Shown here one piece after another: positions 29,701-38,356 of a stretch of DNA of 64,000 nt. This stretch comes from Halobacteriovoraceae bacterium (GTDB lineage Bacteria; Bdellovibrionota; Bacteriovoracia; Bacteriovoracales; Bacteriovoracaceae). The notes beneath the pieces were generated by a model, which was given only the letters and a program-made list of their open reading frames with translations, made no database searches and was not told where the DNA came from. How positions within the stretch are numbered: the first letter of the stretch is position 1; every line of letters begins with the position of its first letter. The stretch spans positions 256,001-320,000 of the forward strand of contig CAVRCF010000005.1 of NCBI GenBank assembly GCA_963719505.1. Reading direction: 5' to 3'. Made by a program: the position numbers and the translations under genes.

Positions 29701-30886
29701 CATCGATATTGATAAACACTTCTTTTTTCTTGGCCGCTAAAAGTATATTTCTCAAGCGAGGTGCAATAGATTTATAGGTAGACTCAAAGTCATAGGGCTT
29801 AAAGTCGTGAGTAAGAGCTGATACCTTGATTGATACGTGCGCTTTATTTATTCCAGCAGCGTTTCGCTGACCGGGTTTAATATGCTGACTCATTCCATCA
29901 ATAAGTTCTATCACTTTTGATTCATAGAGATTGGCTTCTTCTTTGGAGACGACAAGCTCCCCTAGTTGATCTAAAGTCGCGTCTCGGTTTGACTTTAATA
30001 ATGATGCCAAAGACTTTTTAGCCGTCTCGATTGTCTCTCCGGCAATAAACCTTTTGGCCATAAATGAGACTGAAAATTTAATCGTTGCAGAGAGAATTTT
30101 TGCCGGAATTAACGAGCAAAAATTGTAAACGAAGTTAATCGCTATAAGGTATCTCTTTGGTAAACCTTTATCTTGCCCTTTAAGTCGCTTCATTTTTGCG
30201 GTCTTTGAATCGGCATTTAGTCTTCTCAAGGCTTCAAGGAATATTCGTTTCACCTCTTCCCCATCATTTTCGTGCTCAAGAGAGGGAAGAATGGCCAAAA
30301 ACTTTAAAAGGTGAATTCGTATGAGTTTATAATTGGCCGTTAAATCCAAGCCAATATCAGTTAGTTTTTCAAACCATGACTGATCATATTGATTTATTTT
30401 CTCTATTAAATGACGGGACATCTCCTCTGTCTTTTCCAATGCCTTCTCAAATTCACTATCTCTAAAGTTGACCAAGCCATGCTCGTGACTGATTTGATCA
30501 ATGATCGGGGGTGAATTCTCGACGGGGATTTTCGCGATCTTATTAGCGTGCTTAGAAATATCAGAAATCTGCTCTTCCATATCATTGTGTGTATACCAAC
30601 GAAGAAGCGCCAACTCATAATTTAACTGTTTTGATCCGACTAAGACTTTTTTCTCTTTAGGAAATATTGCACCGGTCATTTGAATATTCTTCTCTTCCAT
30701 AGAAAAGCGAAATGGGAGATCGTATTCCTTATCCAAGACATATCTTATCTTCTCTTTGATCGAGGCACAAAACTCACCCTCTCGAATAAGATAGTTTTCA
30801 TGAATATCATAAAAACTCATGCTCCAACTTTCTTCTTTAATTAGTGATTCAACTGACTTTACTTGATACAAATTCTTCTGACTCAT
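26789..30886 (-). CDS. putA: Bifunctional proline dehydrogenase / P5C dehydrogenase
   Basis: PRODH motifs IDAE, RLVKGAYW and YLVRRIMEN; ALDH motifs PWNFP, FTGS, EMGGKN, AGQKCSA and EIFGP. Confidence 0.95.
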   Translation of the reverse strand: MSQKNLYQVKSVESLIKEESWSMSFYDIHENYLIREGEFCASIKEKIRYVLDKEYDLPFRFSMEEKNIQMTGAIFPKEKKVLVGSKQLNYELALLRWYTHNDMEEQISDISKHANKIAKIPVENSPPIIDQISHEHGLVNFRDSEFEKALEKTEEMSRHLIEKINQYDQSWFEKLTDIGLDLTANYKLIRIHLLKFLAILPSLEHENDGEEVKRIFLEALRRLNADSKTAKMKRLKGQDKGLPKRYLIAINFVYNFCSLIPAKILSATIKFSVSFMAKRFIAGETIETAKKSLASLLKSNRDATLDQLGELVVSKEEANLYESKVIELIDGMSQHIKPGQRNAAGINKAHVSIKVSALTHDFKPYDFESTYKSIAPRLRNILLAAKKKEVFINIDAEHYHYRDTVLEVYGKLLLETEELKNFSDTGIVIQAYLRDGHLHFQDVLALAKKRGLRMPIRLVKGAYWDVETVEAKAFNFEAPEFLNKEETDIHFRQVVYLCLKEDQHIQLAVASHNIQDHCFAEALRETNFPNAPMIEHQCLHMTYEALSYGLSLMKWPTRNYIPVGNLLVGMAYLVRRIMENSSQVGILTIMRSHKKKMNFKTPTERIEEKFLKKELVYDDSILKLRRNFKNIYPIRTYRPQHLEYFLECFEQRKLLSMDTNHQGEKVFSPSDPTMVIGSVELDSKESVDAKIEVLKAASIEGSWADLKNERHAALLKLADLLLINRESFTSLIIFEAGKTIEEAIADVDEAIDFILFYVRTYFDIKIHHGDYSPRGVIGVVAPWNFPLAIPVGMSVAALVTGNTVLLKPAEQTPLIVKKFYDLALEAGISEDVFKLAFGHGDIGAHITNHKDIDGVVFTGSKAVGTEIYKTIKSKTKEGISRMAITEMGGKNAVIVTNNCELDETVSGLIYACFAHAGQKCSAASRIIIDAKVKDAFIQRFVHAVRDITVGKSDNFDTFINPLIGAEDKERLIELNKKAAEEVEKFGGVVHVDLSQGDYPGHCVGPSVYEVSALRSMDKDSIAQTEIFGPLIHIIPFDDLDEAVTIFNSTQYALTGGIFCQSQDDIDYLAPKLECGNIYINRPNTGARVAIEPFGGFKMSGTGPKAGGEDYLYSFMTVDSEKKLDDLVLDNELVDDFALASESKLTQRKRIDNLIELIDRLINRYEYFFKGIDYHQKDDLISLMEYLKDDTNLLEKREFPNRDIPGQISFDKRDLKLGHGLFIAASNEIDFSLLVDMLVNIGVGNAVNVVCLNKDCYESWMPIIDLAYIVGFSPFNIVAFNLNKEKLTETLRDSNFEFVVSENSKKIIDLVSKHLFEVERDFLVKYIVSGETIFMRDWDRYAKEYSIVRSFAINTMRHGAPLELDL

Positions 30887-30983
30887 ATAACTCTATATCC
30901 TTTTTAAGATTTCCCACTAGTCTACATGTTCGGTAAAGAAAAAGCGAACAATTGACTGTATGTATAGGTCTCTATAAAATTTA

Positions 30984-32096
30984 GTGATGCTACTCAATCT
31001 TGGGCTCTTTTTAGCCATATTTATAAATTTCGCATACGGCCAAACCGTTCAAATCTACTCTATAGAGGACCTCAAGGTCTTATCCATTGAGAAAAGCTAT
31101 GAAGAGTTCTTCAAGCACGCAAAGGACGTTGTTCCATCAAAGCGCGATGCCAATTGGAAAAACTTGGTAAACACCATGAGCTCCGACTACCTCAATCGCC
31201 TTATGGCCGTTGAGATTAGTGCTAAAGAGATGGAGACCATAACTGAAATATCGAATTGGAATAGTTTAAAAGACGATGAGTTTTTTGTAGAAAAGTTTAC
31301 AAAAGTAGCATCTCGTTATTTTACACAGTGCTTTAAGTCAAAGGGGGCAGTTTGTGAAAAGAATCTTCGAGCTTTTGTCAAAGGCAGAAAGATTGATAAG
31401 AAGCTCCGCATAGAGCTTTCAAGCATTTTGTATGCGAATGGTATTCAAAAAAATCTATACTCATTGATTAAACCTATGGCCCAAGACACCTTGGGTGAAT
31501 TTTATTGTGGAAAGCCTCCAACATCTGAGATTATTTTAAGTGAGATTTATCAAAACACGGCCTCTACAAAGTCGATACATAAAGACTGCTTAAAGGTTCT
31601 TCTTCCTAAAATAAAGGAAAATCTTACAAAAGGGGCCAGTCCTCTAATGAGATACACCACTTATAGTATTCTAAAAAACTCAAAGACGCTGACCAAGCTA
31701 GATGAATCCACTTATCTTACAGCTCAGCTCATCTCTCACTTTAATCTGGATGCAAATCAAATGTTGCGAGGTTATAACGAGCTCAAAAAGTTATCAGTCA
31801 CACCAACTCAAAGAGAGCAGGTGCTCAACAAGCTCAAACAAATGATTCCTTTGCCAGGACTCGTTTTTAAACAGCGAACGAAACCAGCCTATGCAATCAT
31901 CTCTGGCCTTCTTCGCTACATGCCAGAGTATCTAGACTTTTATGCGACAACTTGTCTTGATCATTTGAGTGGAAAAAAAGAAACAGCTGGTGGCAATCCT
32001 GCAGTGGAGTGTCATGAGTTTTTCGAGTTGGCAAAGTTGATGAAAATCATTCCAACAAGCAAGATAAACTCTTACGACAAAATTATGAAACTCTAG
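30984..32096 (+). CDS. Secreted hypothetical protein, probably helical
   Basis: Signal peptide; 370 aa. Confidence 0.75.
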   Translation: MMLLNLGLFLAIFINFAYGQTVQIYSIEDLKVLSIEKSYEEFFKHAKDVVPSKRDANWKNLVNTMSSDYLNRLMAVEISAKEMETITEISNWNSLKDDEFFVEKFTKVASRYFTQCFKSKGAVCEKNLRAFVKGRKIDKKLRIELSSILYANGIQKNLYSLIKPMAQDTLGEFYCGKPPTSEIILSEIYQNTASTKSIHKDCLKVLLPKIKENLTKGASPLMRYTTYSILKNSKTLTKLDESTYLTAQLISHFNLDANQMLRGYNELKKLSVTPTQREQVLNKLKQMIPLPGLVFKQRTKPAYAIISGLLRYMPEYLDFYATTCLDHLSGKKETAGGNPAVECHEFFELAKLMKIIPTSKINSYDKIMKL

Positions 32097-32106
32097 TAAA
32101 AATGAC

Positions 32107-32138
32107 AAAAAAAAACCCCGGCAAACTGCCGAGGCTTT
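32107..32138 (-). terminator. Intrinsic terminator between convergent genes
   Basis: A-tract followed by the stem-loop CCCCGGCA-aac-TGCCGAGG. Confidence 0.7.
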
Positions 32139-32161
32139 CTATAAAACGATCTATCTATAGA

Positions 32162-32758
32162 TTATTTTAAGTGCTTAGAAACAAGTTTAGTCATCTCAAA
32201 CATTGAAACTTCTTTTTTCCCACCAAATACTGGCTTTAATTTGTCGTCAGCAAGGATGTTTCTCTTGTTTTTTGGATTTTGAAGGTCATGCTTCTTGATG
32301 TAGATCCAAAGTTTTTTAACAACTTCAGTTCTTGGAAGTGGCTTAGCCCCAACGATTTCAGCTAATTCTGGAGAAGGAGTTAACTCTTTCATGAATGCTG
32401 GATTTGGTTTTCTCTTAGCACCTTTTTTCTTAGGAGCTTTCTTTGCCGCTTTCTTAGCTACTTTTTTAGTCGCTTTCTTAGCTACTTTCTTCGTCGCTTT
32501 TTTAGCTACTTTTTTCTTCGTTGCTTTCTTAGCTACTTTTTTCTTTGTTGCTTTTTTAGCTACTTTTTTCTTCGTTGCTTTTTTAGCTACTTTTTTCTTC
32601 GTTGCTTTTTTAGCTACTTTTTTCTTCGTTGCTTTCTTAGCTACTTTTTTCGTTGCTTTCTTTGCAACTTTTTTTGTTTTCTTAGCTGCTTTTTTAACTA
32701 CTTTTTTTGCTTTTTTTGCAACTTTCTTTGCTTTTTTAGCTACTTTCTTCTTAGCCAT
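32162..32758 (-). CDS. Histone-H1-like Lys/Ala repeat protein fused to a SWIB/MDM2 domain
   Basis: About 115 aa of KKVAKKATK-type repeats, then PSPELAEIVG...RTEVVKKLWIYIKKHDLQ...ADDKL...MFEMTK. Confidence 0.92.
   Translation of the reverse strand: MAKKKVAKKAKKVAKKAKKVVKKAAKKTKKVAKKATKKVAKKATKKKVAKKATKKKVAKKATKKKVAKKATKKKVAKKATKKKVAKKATKKVAKKATKKVAKKAAKKAPKKKGAKRKPNPAFMKELTPSPELAEIVGAKPLPRTEVVKKLWIYIKKHDLQNPKNKRNILADDKLKPVFGGKKEVSMFEMTKLVSKHLK
32450..32755 (-). repeat. Imperfect 24-27-bp coding tandem repeats
   Basis: Repeated unit ttagctacttttttcttcgttgctttt encoding KKATKKKVA. Confidence 0.85.
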
Positions 32759-32785
32759 TTAGTCCTCCCGGGTTTTATTAATGAG

Positions 32786-33232
32786 CTATACTACTTTTTC
32801 CCATTCAATTATATTCGTTGAAGTGTTACTTCCAGTTTTAACATAGTCATGTCCCTCATTAAGAGAGATCATTCTAAAATTATCTTGTGCACAGTAATTG
32901 ATAATCTTATTCAAACCTTTCTCCTGTGCCAGTTCTTCGTAAAATTCTTTGATAAGGTGGGAAAATCCATTTCCTTGGTATTCCATTTTTATCGCCGTAT
33001 TTTTTGTATATAGAGTCTTATCGACAATCTTTATAAAAATTGCAGCAACAATATCTTTTTCCACAGAAACAGAAAGAAGAGACCAACCAGCAGAAATTTG
33101 AGATTTTAGTTCCTCTGTATTCCACTCGAAGTCTTGCATATCTGCAAAAGCGTTAATATTAAAATTATAGATTGATTGTATTTCTGCGTCGGTTACGCAT
33201 TCTTTTATCTCTAGTGATGTTTGTTCGCTCAT
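32786..33232 (-). CDS. GNAT-family acetyltransferase
   Basis: Acetyl-CoA motif EYQGNGFS and C-terminal N...SLNEGHDY. Confidence 0.7.
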   Translation of the reverse strand: MSEQTSLEIKECVTDAEIQSIYNFNINAFADMQDFEWNTEELKSQISAGWSLLSVSVEKDIVAAIFIKIVDKTLYTKNTAIKMEYQGNGFSHLIKEFYEELAQEKGLNKIINYCAQDNFRMISLNEGHDYVKTGSNTSTNIIEWEKVV

Positions 33233-33474
33233 TTGTAATAAATCCTTTATATAAAAAGTCTAATGTATCTGAGAGATGAAATCAAATATTATTTACCCTT
33301 ATATTGGCGCCGTGGTTTTAGTGTCAAAATGACGACTCAATTCTTGGGTTGTCTCGGTCTAACAGAAATCCTTATCAACCATCCCTTATGCCTAGACGTA
33401 TTCTAAGAGAATTCATTGCCTTTACCACCCAAATATGGGAAATATAACCCATAATAACAATCATTTGAGGCTAA

Positions 33475-35112
33475 ATGCAATCGATCATAAAAAGCTTAAA
33501 AAAAGTAGAACGCACCTTCGGAAGCATGAAGTTTGCTGTCACTATCATCTCTCTTTTCACAATCTTCCTCATTTATGGAACTTTTATGGAAAGTTATCAC
33601 GGAGCTGAGTTTGCTAATCGTCTCGTGTATAAATCGTGGTGGTTCATGGGAATTCAACTTCTCATGTTTATCAGTATTGTTGTGGCAACTTACATGAGGT
33701 TCCCTCTAAAGAAGAGGCTTTATGGCTTTTATACCATTCACTTAGGCCTTATCGTTTTATTCATCGGCTCGTTTGTGACCTATATGAGCGGTGTCGACGG
33801 AAGCCTTGAACTTTACCCCAACACTCCTTCAAGAAAGATTGGCATTGATAGAGACTTTCTAAAAGTGACTTATAAGACGGATAAAGAGTTCTCTCAAAAA
33901 TTTGCCCTTCCCTACAGTGCCTTTCCAGCGGATCTGGATGGAAGTTTTAGAAATGTTGTTAAACTCAAAGAGTTCTACCCAAGTGCAAAGCTTGAGACAA
34001 ACTGGTCAAAGACCAATTTTAAAGAAGATGAGATCGATCACGGATCAACCTACACAATATTTAATGATAATGTCTCCCAAGACTTCACTATGTCTCTCAA
34101 TCCAGTCAGTGACTTTAAATCCTCCGAGAAATTGGGGCTACTCAATTTAAGCTATATGCCAAAAACTCTCTATAAATGCTTTATAAAAGAGACAAAAAGC
34201 GGCTTTATTATTTGGAATACTCTCACTCAGGAGTGCTTTACCCCGGAGGAGCGAAATTATCCAATTATTAAAACATCTAAAGGAAATGAGTTTATCGCCT
34301 TTAACCACAATAAAGAGATTTTAAAATTCTTTCCAAACTTCTCTCCACTTCCTGTAAATGATGATCTTACCAAAAAAACAGATAGTGAATTTAGAGTATT
34401 TTCTAGAAAACTGTTTGAAGACAAACCAAACCTCTTTCTCTTTGGAGATAAAATCGCCTACTACAAGAAAAGAAAAAAAGCCTGGATCGGACAGCAGTTT
34501 AAGTCTGAAAATGACCTTATCAAGCTTCCTTGGATGGGCTTTAAGCTTAGAATGGTAGAAAATTATGATCGAATGATTCCTTATCAAGAGCCTGTCTACA
34601 CCCGTCCTATTCAAGACAACGGAAATATTGTCCAAGGAAACGTCAAAGCTGTCAGAGTTGAGATCAGAGGTAAAGACTATTGGGTGAGAACCGATGCTCC
34701 TTTGGCGCTAAACAACGGAGAAAGTGAGATTAGACTTCAATTAGTGAAGGATGAAATTCAACTTCCCTACCAAATAACACTGAGAAATTTTAAAATGGAT
34801 GTTAACCCCGGTACAAATGATCCAGCAAGCTATGAGAGCTTTGTGGATCTTCTTGACGGAAGAAATAGAGTGCCGGCAACTGATCATCACGTCTTTATGA
34901 ATAATCCTCTAAAATACGACGATTTCACTTTCTATCAAGCAAGCTACTTTCAGGTGGGACCTGAGGCTTATGGAAGTGTCTTCTCCGTAAATTTTGACCC
35001 AGGACGCCCTCTTAAGTACGGCGGAAGTCTTCTTCTGGTCTTAGGCTCAATTTGGCATTATATTATCAGAAGAAGAAAAACAAAACTACAACCGACAAAG
35101 GCCATAGCATGA
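33475..35112 (+). CDS. resB: Cytochrome c biogenesis protein ResB/CcsB
   Basis: N-terminal TM helices with conserved His (TIHLG); MNNPLKY..FTFYQASY and DPG. Confidence 0.88.
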   Translation: MQSIIKSLKKVERTFGSMKFAVTIISLFTIFLIYGTFMESYHGAEFANRLVYKSWWFMGIQLLMFISIVVATYMRFPLKKRLYGFYTIHLGLIVLFIGSFVTYMSGVDGSLELYPNTPSRKIGIDRDFLKVTYKTDKEFSQKFALPYSAFPADLDGSFRNVVKLKEFYPSAKLETNWSKTNFKEDEIDHGSTYTIFNDNVSQDFTMSLNPVSDFKSSEKLGLLNLSYMPKTLYKCFIKETKSGFIIWNTLTQECFTPEERNYPIIKTSKGNEFIAFNHNKEILKFFPNFSPLPVNDDLTKKTDSEFRVFSRKLFEDKPNLFLFGDKIAYYKKRKKAWIGQQFKSENDLIKLPWMGFKLRMVENYDRMIPYQEPVYTRPIQDNGNIVQGNVKAVRVEIRGKDYWVRTDAPLALNNGESEIRLQLVKDEIQLPYQITLRNFKMDVNPGTNDPASYESFVDLLDGRNRVPATDHHVFMNNPLKYDDFTFYQASYFQVGPEAYGSVFSVNFDPGRPLKYGGSLLLVLGSIWHYIIRRRKTKLQPTKAIA

Positions 35113-36593
35113 AATTAACACTTCTCACCCTTCTCCTTGCTCTTCCTGCATTTGCTGGTATTTGTGACAACTATAAAGACTTAGAGCCGCTGGCGACATT
35201 AAATAACGGACGAGTTAAGCCCTATCTTGTAGCTTCCGGTGAATTTGTTAAAACGATATCTGGAAAGTCTAAAATTGGTGACAAACCAGCGACTGAAGTT
35301 TTTTGTCAAATATCAACTGGCGACATAGCTCAACTCTCCGAGCAAATAATGGTTCATATTGATCATGTGGAACTTAAAAAGCTTGTGAATATTTCAGAAA
35401 ATGAAAGTGAGATTACCATTGAGAAAGCTCGTGGATTTAAAGAATTGGCCAGAGCCGAAATCATGGGAATGAAAGAGAATAACTCTTATAAAAAGTCCCT
35501 AAATAAATTTTGGTTCAAAGTCGACCAATTTGAAAAAGCCAGTCGTGGTGAGTTTTGGAATATACCTACTGTTGAAGGCGAAAATGTCACTTGGAGTGCT
35601 ATTGGGGCCATTAAAGATAGTGTCACTATCGAGATGTTAAATAAAAAAGATGAAGAATTCAAATCATCTATAGATAATGAAATTGGATTAGAGCTCAAGT
35701 ATGCAAGAAGTAATATTTTTACTTGGGCCATGCTGATCGCCATTATTGGAATCTTTTTAACTGTACTTTTAAAAAAAGCAACCGCTGGTCTGATAACGGC
35801 TTGGATACTCGTTGGAGTTGAAGTCATCGGTATGACGATGAGAGTTCTCATATCTGGGCGAGCACCTATCACAAATATGTACGAGACGGTTCTTTTCTCC
35901 GGTTTTGGTGCTCTTTTTATCGCATTGATTATTTACCAATTTAAAAAAGATAAGCTCTTTATCCTCGGGGGCTTGGCCTACAATATTCTTTGCCTCTTTA
36001 TGATGAAGTTTGCCGATGGCATGCTTTCAGAGTCGATTAGCCCACTAGTGCCTGTGCTTAGAGACAACTTTTGGCTCTCCACTCACGTAACAACAATTAT
36101 TTTAAGTTACGCCGCACTGGCCTTGAGCTGGATGCTAGCCAATATTGTCTTAATTAAAGGACGCTTTGGTAGTCTCACTTCAAAGGATCTGAAATACTAT
36201 GAAGACCTTATCTATTCCGCAATCAAAATTGGAATCGTTCTCCTAGCCGCAGGAATCATTTTAGGTGGTGTATGGGCTGATTACTCTTGGGGAAGATTCT
36301 GGGGATGGGATCCAAAAGAGACTTGGTCACTAATTGTTCTTCTGATCTACGTCGCTGTCTTACACGGAAAAAGTACCAGTTGGATCAATACCAAAGGCTT
36401 TATTATCTTTAGTGCGGCTGGATTTATGAGTGTGATGATGGCCTGGTTTGGCGTCAATTATATCCTCGCAACAGGACTTCATTCTTATGGGTTCTCTGAA
36501 GGTGGAGCGATATTCCTTGGAACATTTTTTATCACTCAAATTGTCATCATTCTTTTGACCGCTTTCAATTTGCAAACGAAAAAAAGTGTTTAG
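35109..36593 (+). CDS. ccsA: Cytochrome c biogenesis protein CcsA/ResC
   Basis: WWD motif WADYSWGRFWGWDPKETW and GLHSY; ATG at 35109 overlaps the resB stop. Confidence 0.93.
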   Translation: MKLTLLTLLLALPAFAGICDNYKDLEPLATLNNGRVKPYLVASGEFVKTISGKSKIGDKPATEVFCQISTGDIAQLSEQIMVHIDHVELKKLVNISENESEITIEKARGFKELARAEIMGMKENNSYKKSLNKFWFKVDQFEKASRGEFWNIPTVEGENVTWSAIGAIKDSVTIEMLNKKDEEFKSSIDNEIGLELKYARSNIFTWAMLIAIIGIFLTVLLKKATAGLITAWILVGVEVIGMTMRVLISGRAPITNMYETVLFSGFGALFIALIIYQFKKDKLFILGGLAYNILCLFMMKFADGMLSESISPLVPVLRDNFWLSTHVTTIILSYAALALSWMLANIVLIKGRFGSLTSKDLKYYEDLIYSAIKIGIVLLAAGIILGGVWADYSWGRFWGWDPKETWSLIVLLIYVAVLHGKSTSWINTKGFIIFSAAGFMSVMMAWFGVNYILATGLHSYGFSEGGAIFLGTFFITQIVIILLTAFNLQTKKSV

Positions 36594-36804
36594 GCTTTTC
36601 ATTCTCTTTATCGTCTCAGGCTGTGCCAGTCACTCGCTGAATGATCGTTTAAAAAACGGAGAGATTCGCATAGGACCTCTTCTCGATCTCTCTAGAAGTA
36701 GCTATTTAAAAGGCTGCAGTGAAAACTCGGACCTAAGTTTTGAAGCCTGTCTAAAGAAGGCCAAGCTCCACGAAGCAGAAATTAATGAGATCCTGTCACA
36801 ATAG
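36586..36804 (+). CDS. Small lipoprotein
   Basis: Lipobox VSGC; overlaps the ccsA stop. Confidence 0.6.
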   Translation: MFRLFILFIVSGCASHSLNDRLKNGEIRIGPLLDLSRSSYLKGCSENSDLSFEACLKKAKLHEAEINEILSQ

Positions 36805-37381
36805 TCTTTTTGGTACCACAGACCCCAACTGAAAAGACTATCATCTCTTTATGAATCTTATCCATTACCGTTAAAACATTCCAAGAACCATCTTCAAAGC
36901 TGTGAAGTCCATCAAAGATTTTTATGTTGTCTTGATCATGAGTGAGGGAGTAGATATTTTTAGCCAACTTATTTCTGTCATTTTCAATTTGAGTCATTTG
37001 TTCATCTTCAAAAAGATCGTCAAGAGGAGCTTCACTGTAGCTAAAAGTTGGATCCAAAAGGTTCTCAGCGGTAAAAAAGGTGCTTACATTCGTAACCTCA
37101 GTCACATAAGAATACTCATCATAATCAGTCATAAGAGTCTGTGATTCAAGCATCAGCTGCTTAACTGTATTAATATCTTCCTCTTCTTCACTTTTTTGAT
37201 ACTTAAAGGCCTTAATATCAGAACAGTCACCATACAAGGCGACTTCTTCAGTAATTTCCAAAATTGTGTCAGAGAGACTATTGATTCTCTCATTAGCTGA
37301 ATCGATAATTTTTTCAAATGTTGCAGCATAAGAATTTTGCACACCAAGCATAACTAAAGCTGAAAGAAATCTCTTTTTCAT
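36782..37381 (-). CDS. Secreted acidic hypothetical protein
   Basis: Signal peptide; ATGA coupling to the protease gene. Confidence 0.7.
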   Translation of the reverse strand: MKKRFLSALVMLGVQNSYAATFEKIIDSANERINSLSDTILEITEEVALYGDCSDIKAFKYQKSEEEEDINTVKQLMLESQTLMTDYDEYSYVTEVTNVSTFFTAENLLDPTFSYSEAPLDDLFEDEQMTQIENDRNKLAKNIYSLTHDQDNIKIFDGLHSFEDGSWNVLTVMDKIHKEMIVFSVGVCGTKKTIVTGSH

Positions 37382-38181
37382 CGCTTCTCCTTATGTAGAT
37401 TATTTTTAATAAACTCAATATGGAGGCTTAATGGAGCATAGATTGAGCTTATATAATTTGAATTGATATTTATTCCCCTAAGAACCCCTACTTGTTCTTT
37501 ACTCTCCAAAAGAAGCGGACTTCCTGAATCTCCTGCTGAGGTTATTTGATCGTCAATGCTTCTACTAAAAAGCTCGATAAATTCCTCGTTGCGGCTAATT
37601 GTCTCTAAACGGTAAAAAGGATTCAGAGGATTATTATAAATGATTCCGCTAGGTGTTTGTTCATAGCTTAGATAGCCATACCCCACAGCAGTCACTGCTG
37701 TGCCCTCATATTGTTTTTGAAAGTTTAATCTTGTCTTCTTAAAGAGTTTTGAAAGCTTATATTTAAGCTTTATTAAAGCAATATCATATTGGGTCACGGC
37801 CTTATGTTTTTTTGCATAATCTAATTGTAGAGCGCTATTAAGCGGATCCAGATCAAGCCGGTCTTGACTGTCGTAGAAAGCTTTAGAAAGTGAATAATAG
37901 GCATTGGGAATAGAGATGGCCAAGACCTTGTATGATCTTCCCTCGATAAGAAGCTTAAGTCTCTTACCTGCGCGAATTTGATCAGTACAGTGAGCAGCAG
38001 TTAAAACTGTGTAATCGTCTATAATGGTGGCCGTACAATGAGGATAGATATCCCCAGAGCTTTTAAAAGCGATCTTATAAACGTTTTCGTATTCTTTTTG
38101 GTTGTCCTCTACTCCATCGATTATTTCGGCCAGAGCAAGCTGACTTAAAACGAGAAGAAAGAGGCAAAAGATACTTTTCAT
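37378..38181 (-). CDS. Secreted trypsin-like serine protease (S1)
   Basis: LTAAHC, DIAL and GDSGSP. Confidence 0.93.
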   Translation of the reverse strand: MKSIFCLFLLVLSQLALAEIIDGVEDNQKEYENVYKIAFKSSGDIYPHCTATIIDDYTVLTAAHCTDQIRAGKRLKLLIEGRSYKVLAISIPNAYYSLSKAFYDSQDRLDLDPLNSALQLDYAKKHKAVTQYDIALIKLKYKLSKLFKKTRLNFQKQYEGTAVTAVGYGYLSYEQTPSGIIYNNPLNPFYRLETISRNEEFIELFSRSIDDQITSAGDSGSPLLLESKEQVGVLRGININSNYISSIYAPLSLHIEFIKNNLHKEKR

Positions 38182-38299
38182 GCACGCATCTTAAACTTAA
38201 AACTCATACGAATGTTAGAAAATCCAAAATCATGACAAATTTTCATGGTTAAATTGACTAGTTTCTAATGACTTAGATGTGAAATGGTACTTTTTATAC

Positions 38300-38330
38300 A
38301 AAAAAACCCAGAGCCTAAACCCTGGGTCTT
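38300..38330 (-). terminator. Intrinsic terminator
   Basis: A-tract plus ACCCAG...CTGGGT stem after 38357..39586(-). Confidence 0.65.
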
Positions 38331-38356
38331 ATAACACTAATCAATCTAAGCCTTAA

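Noticed and set aside
32450-32755. Tandem repeats considered as a CRISPR array
   Set aside because: No unique spacers, in-frame coding repeats, and no cas genes in the window.
32391-32762. Hydrophobic 123-aa plus-strand ORF (FLATFF repeats)
   Set aside because: Antisense shadow of the Lys/Ala repeats in the SWIB gene.
33290-33301. 12-bp TATTTACCCTTA shared with 60911..60922 as a common operator for ccs and suf
   Set aside because: A non-palindromic AT-rich 12-mer match is expected by chance at this scale.
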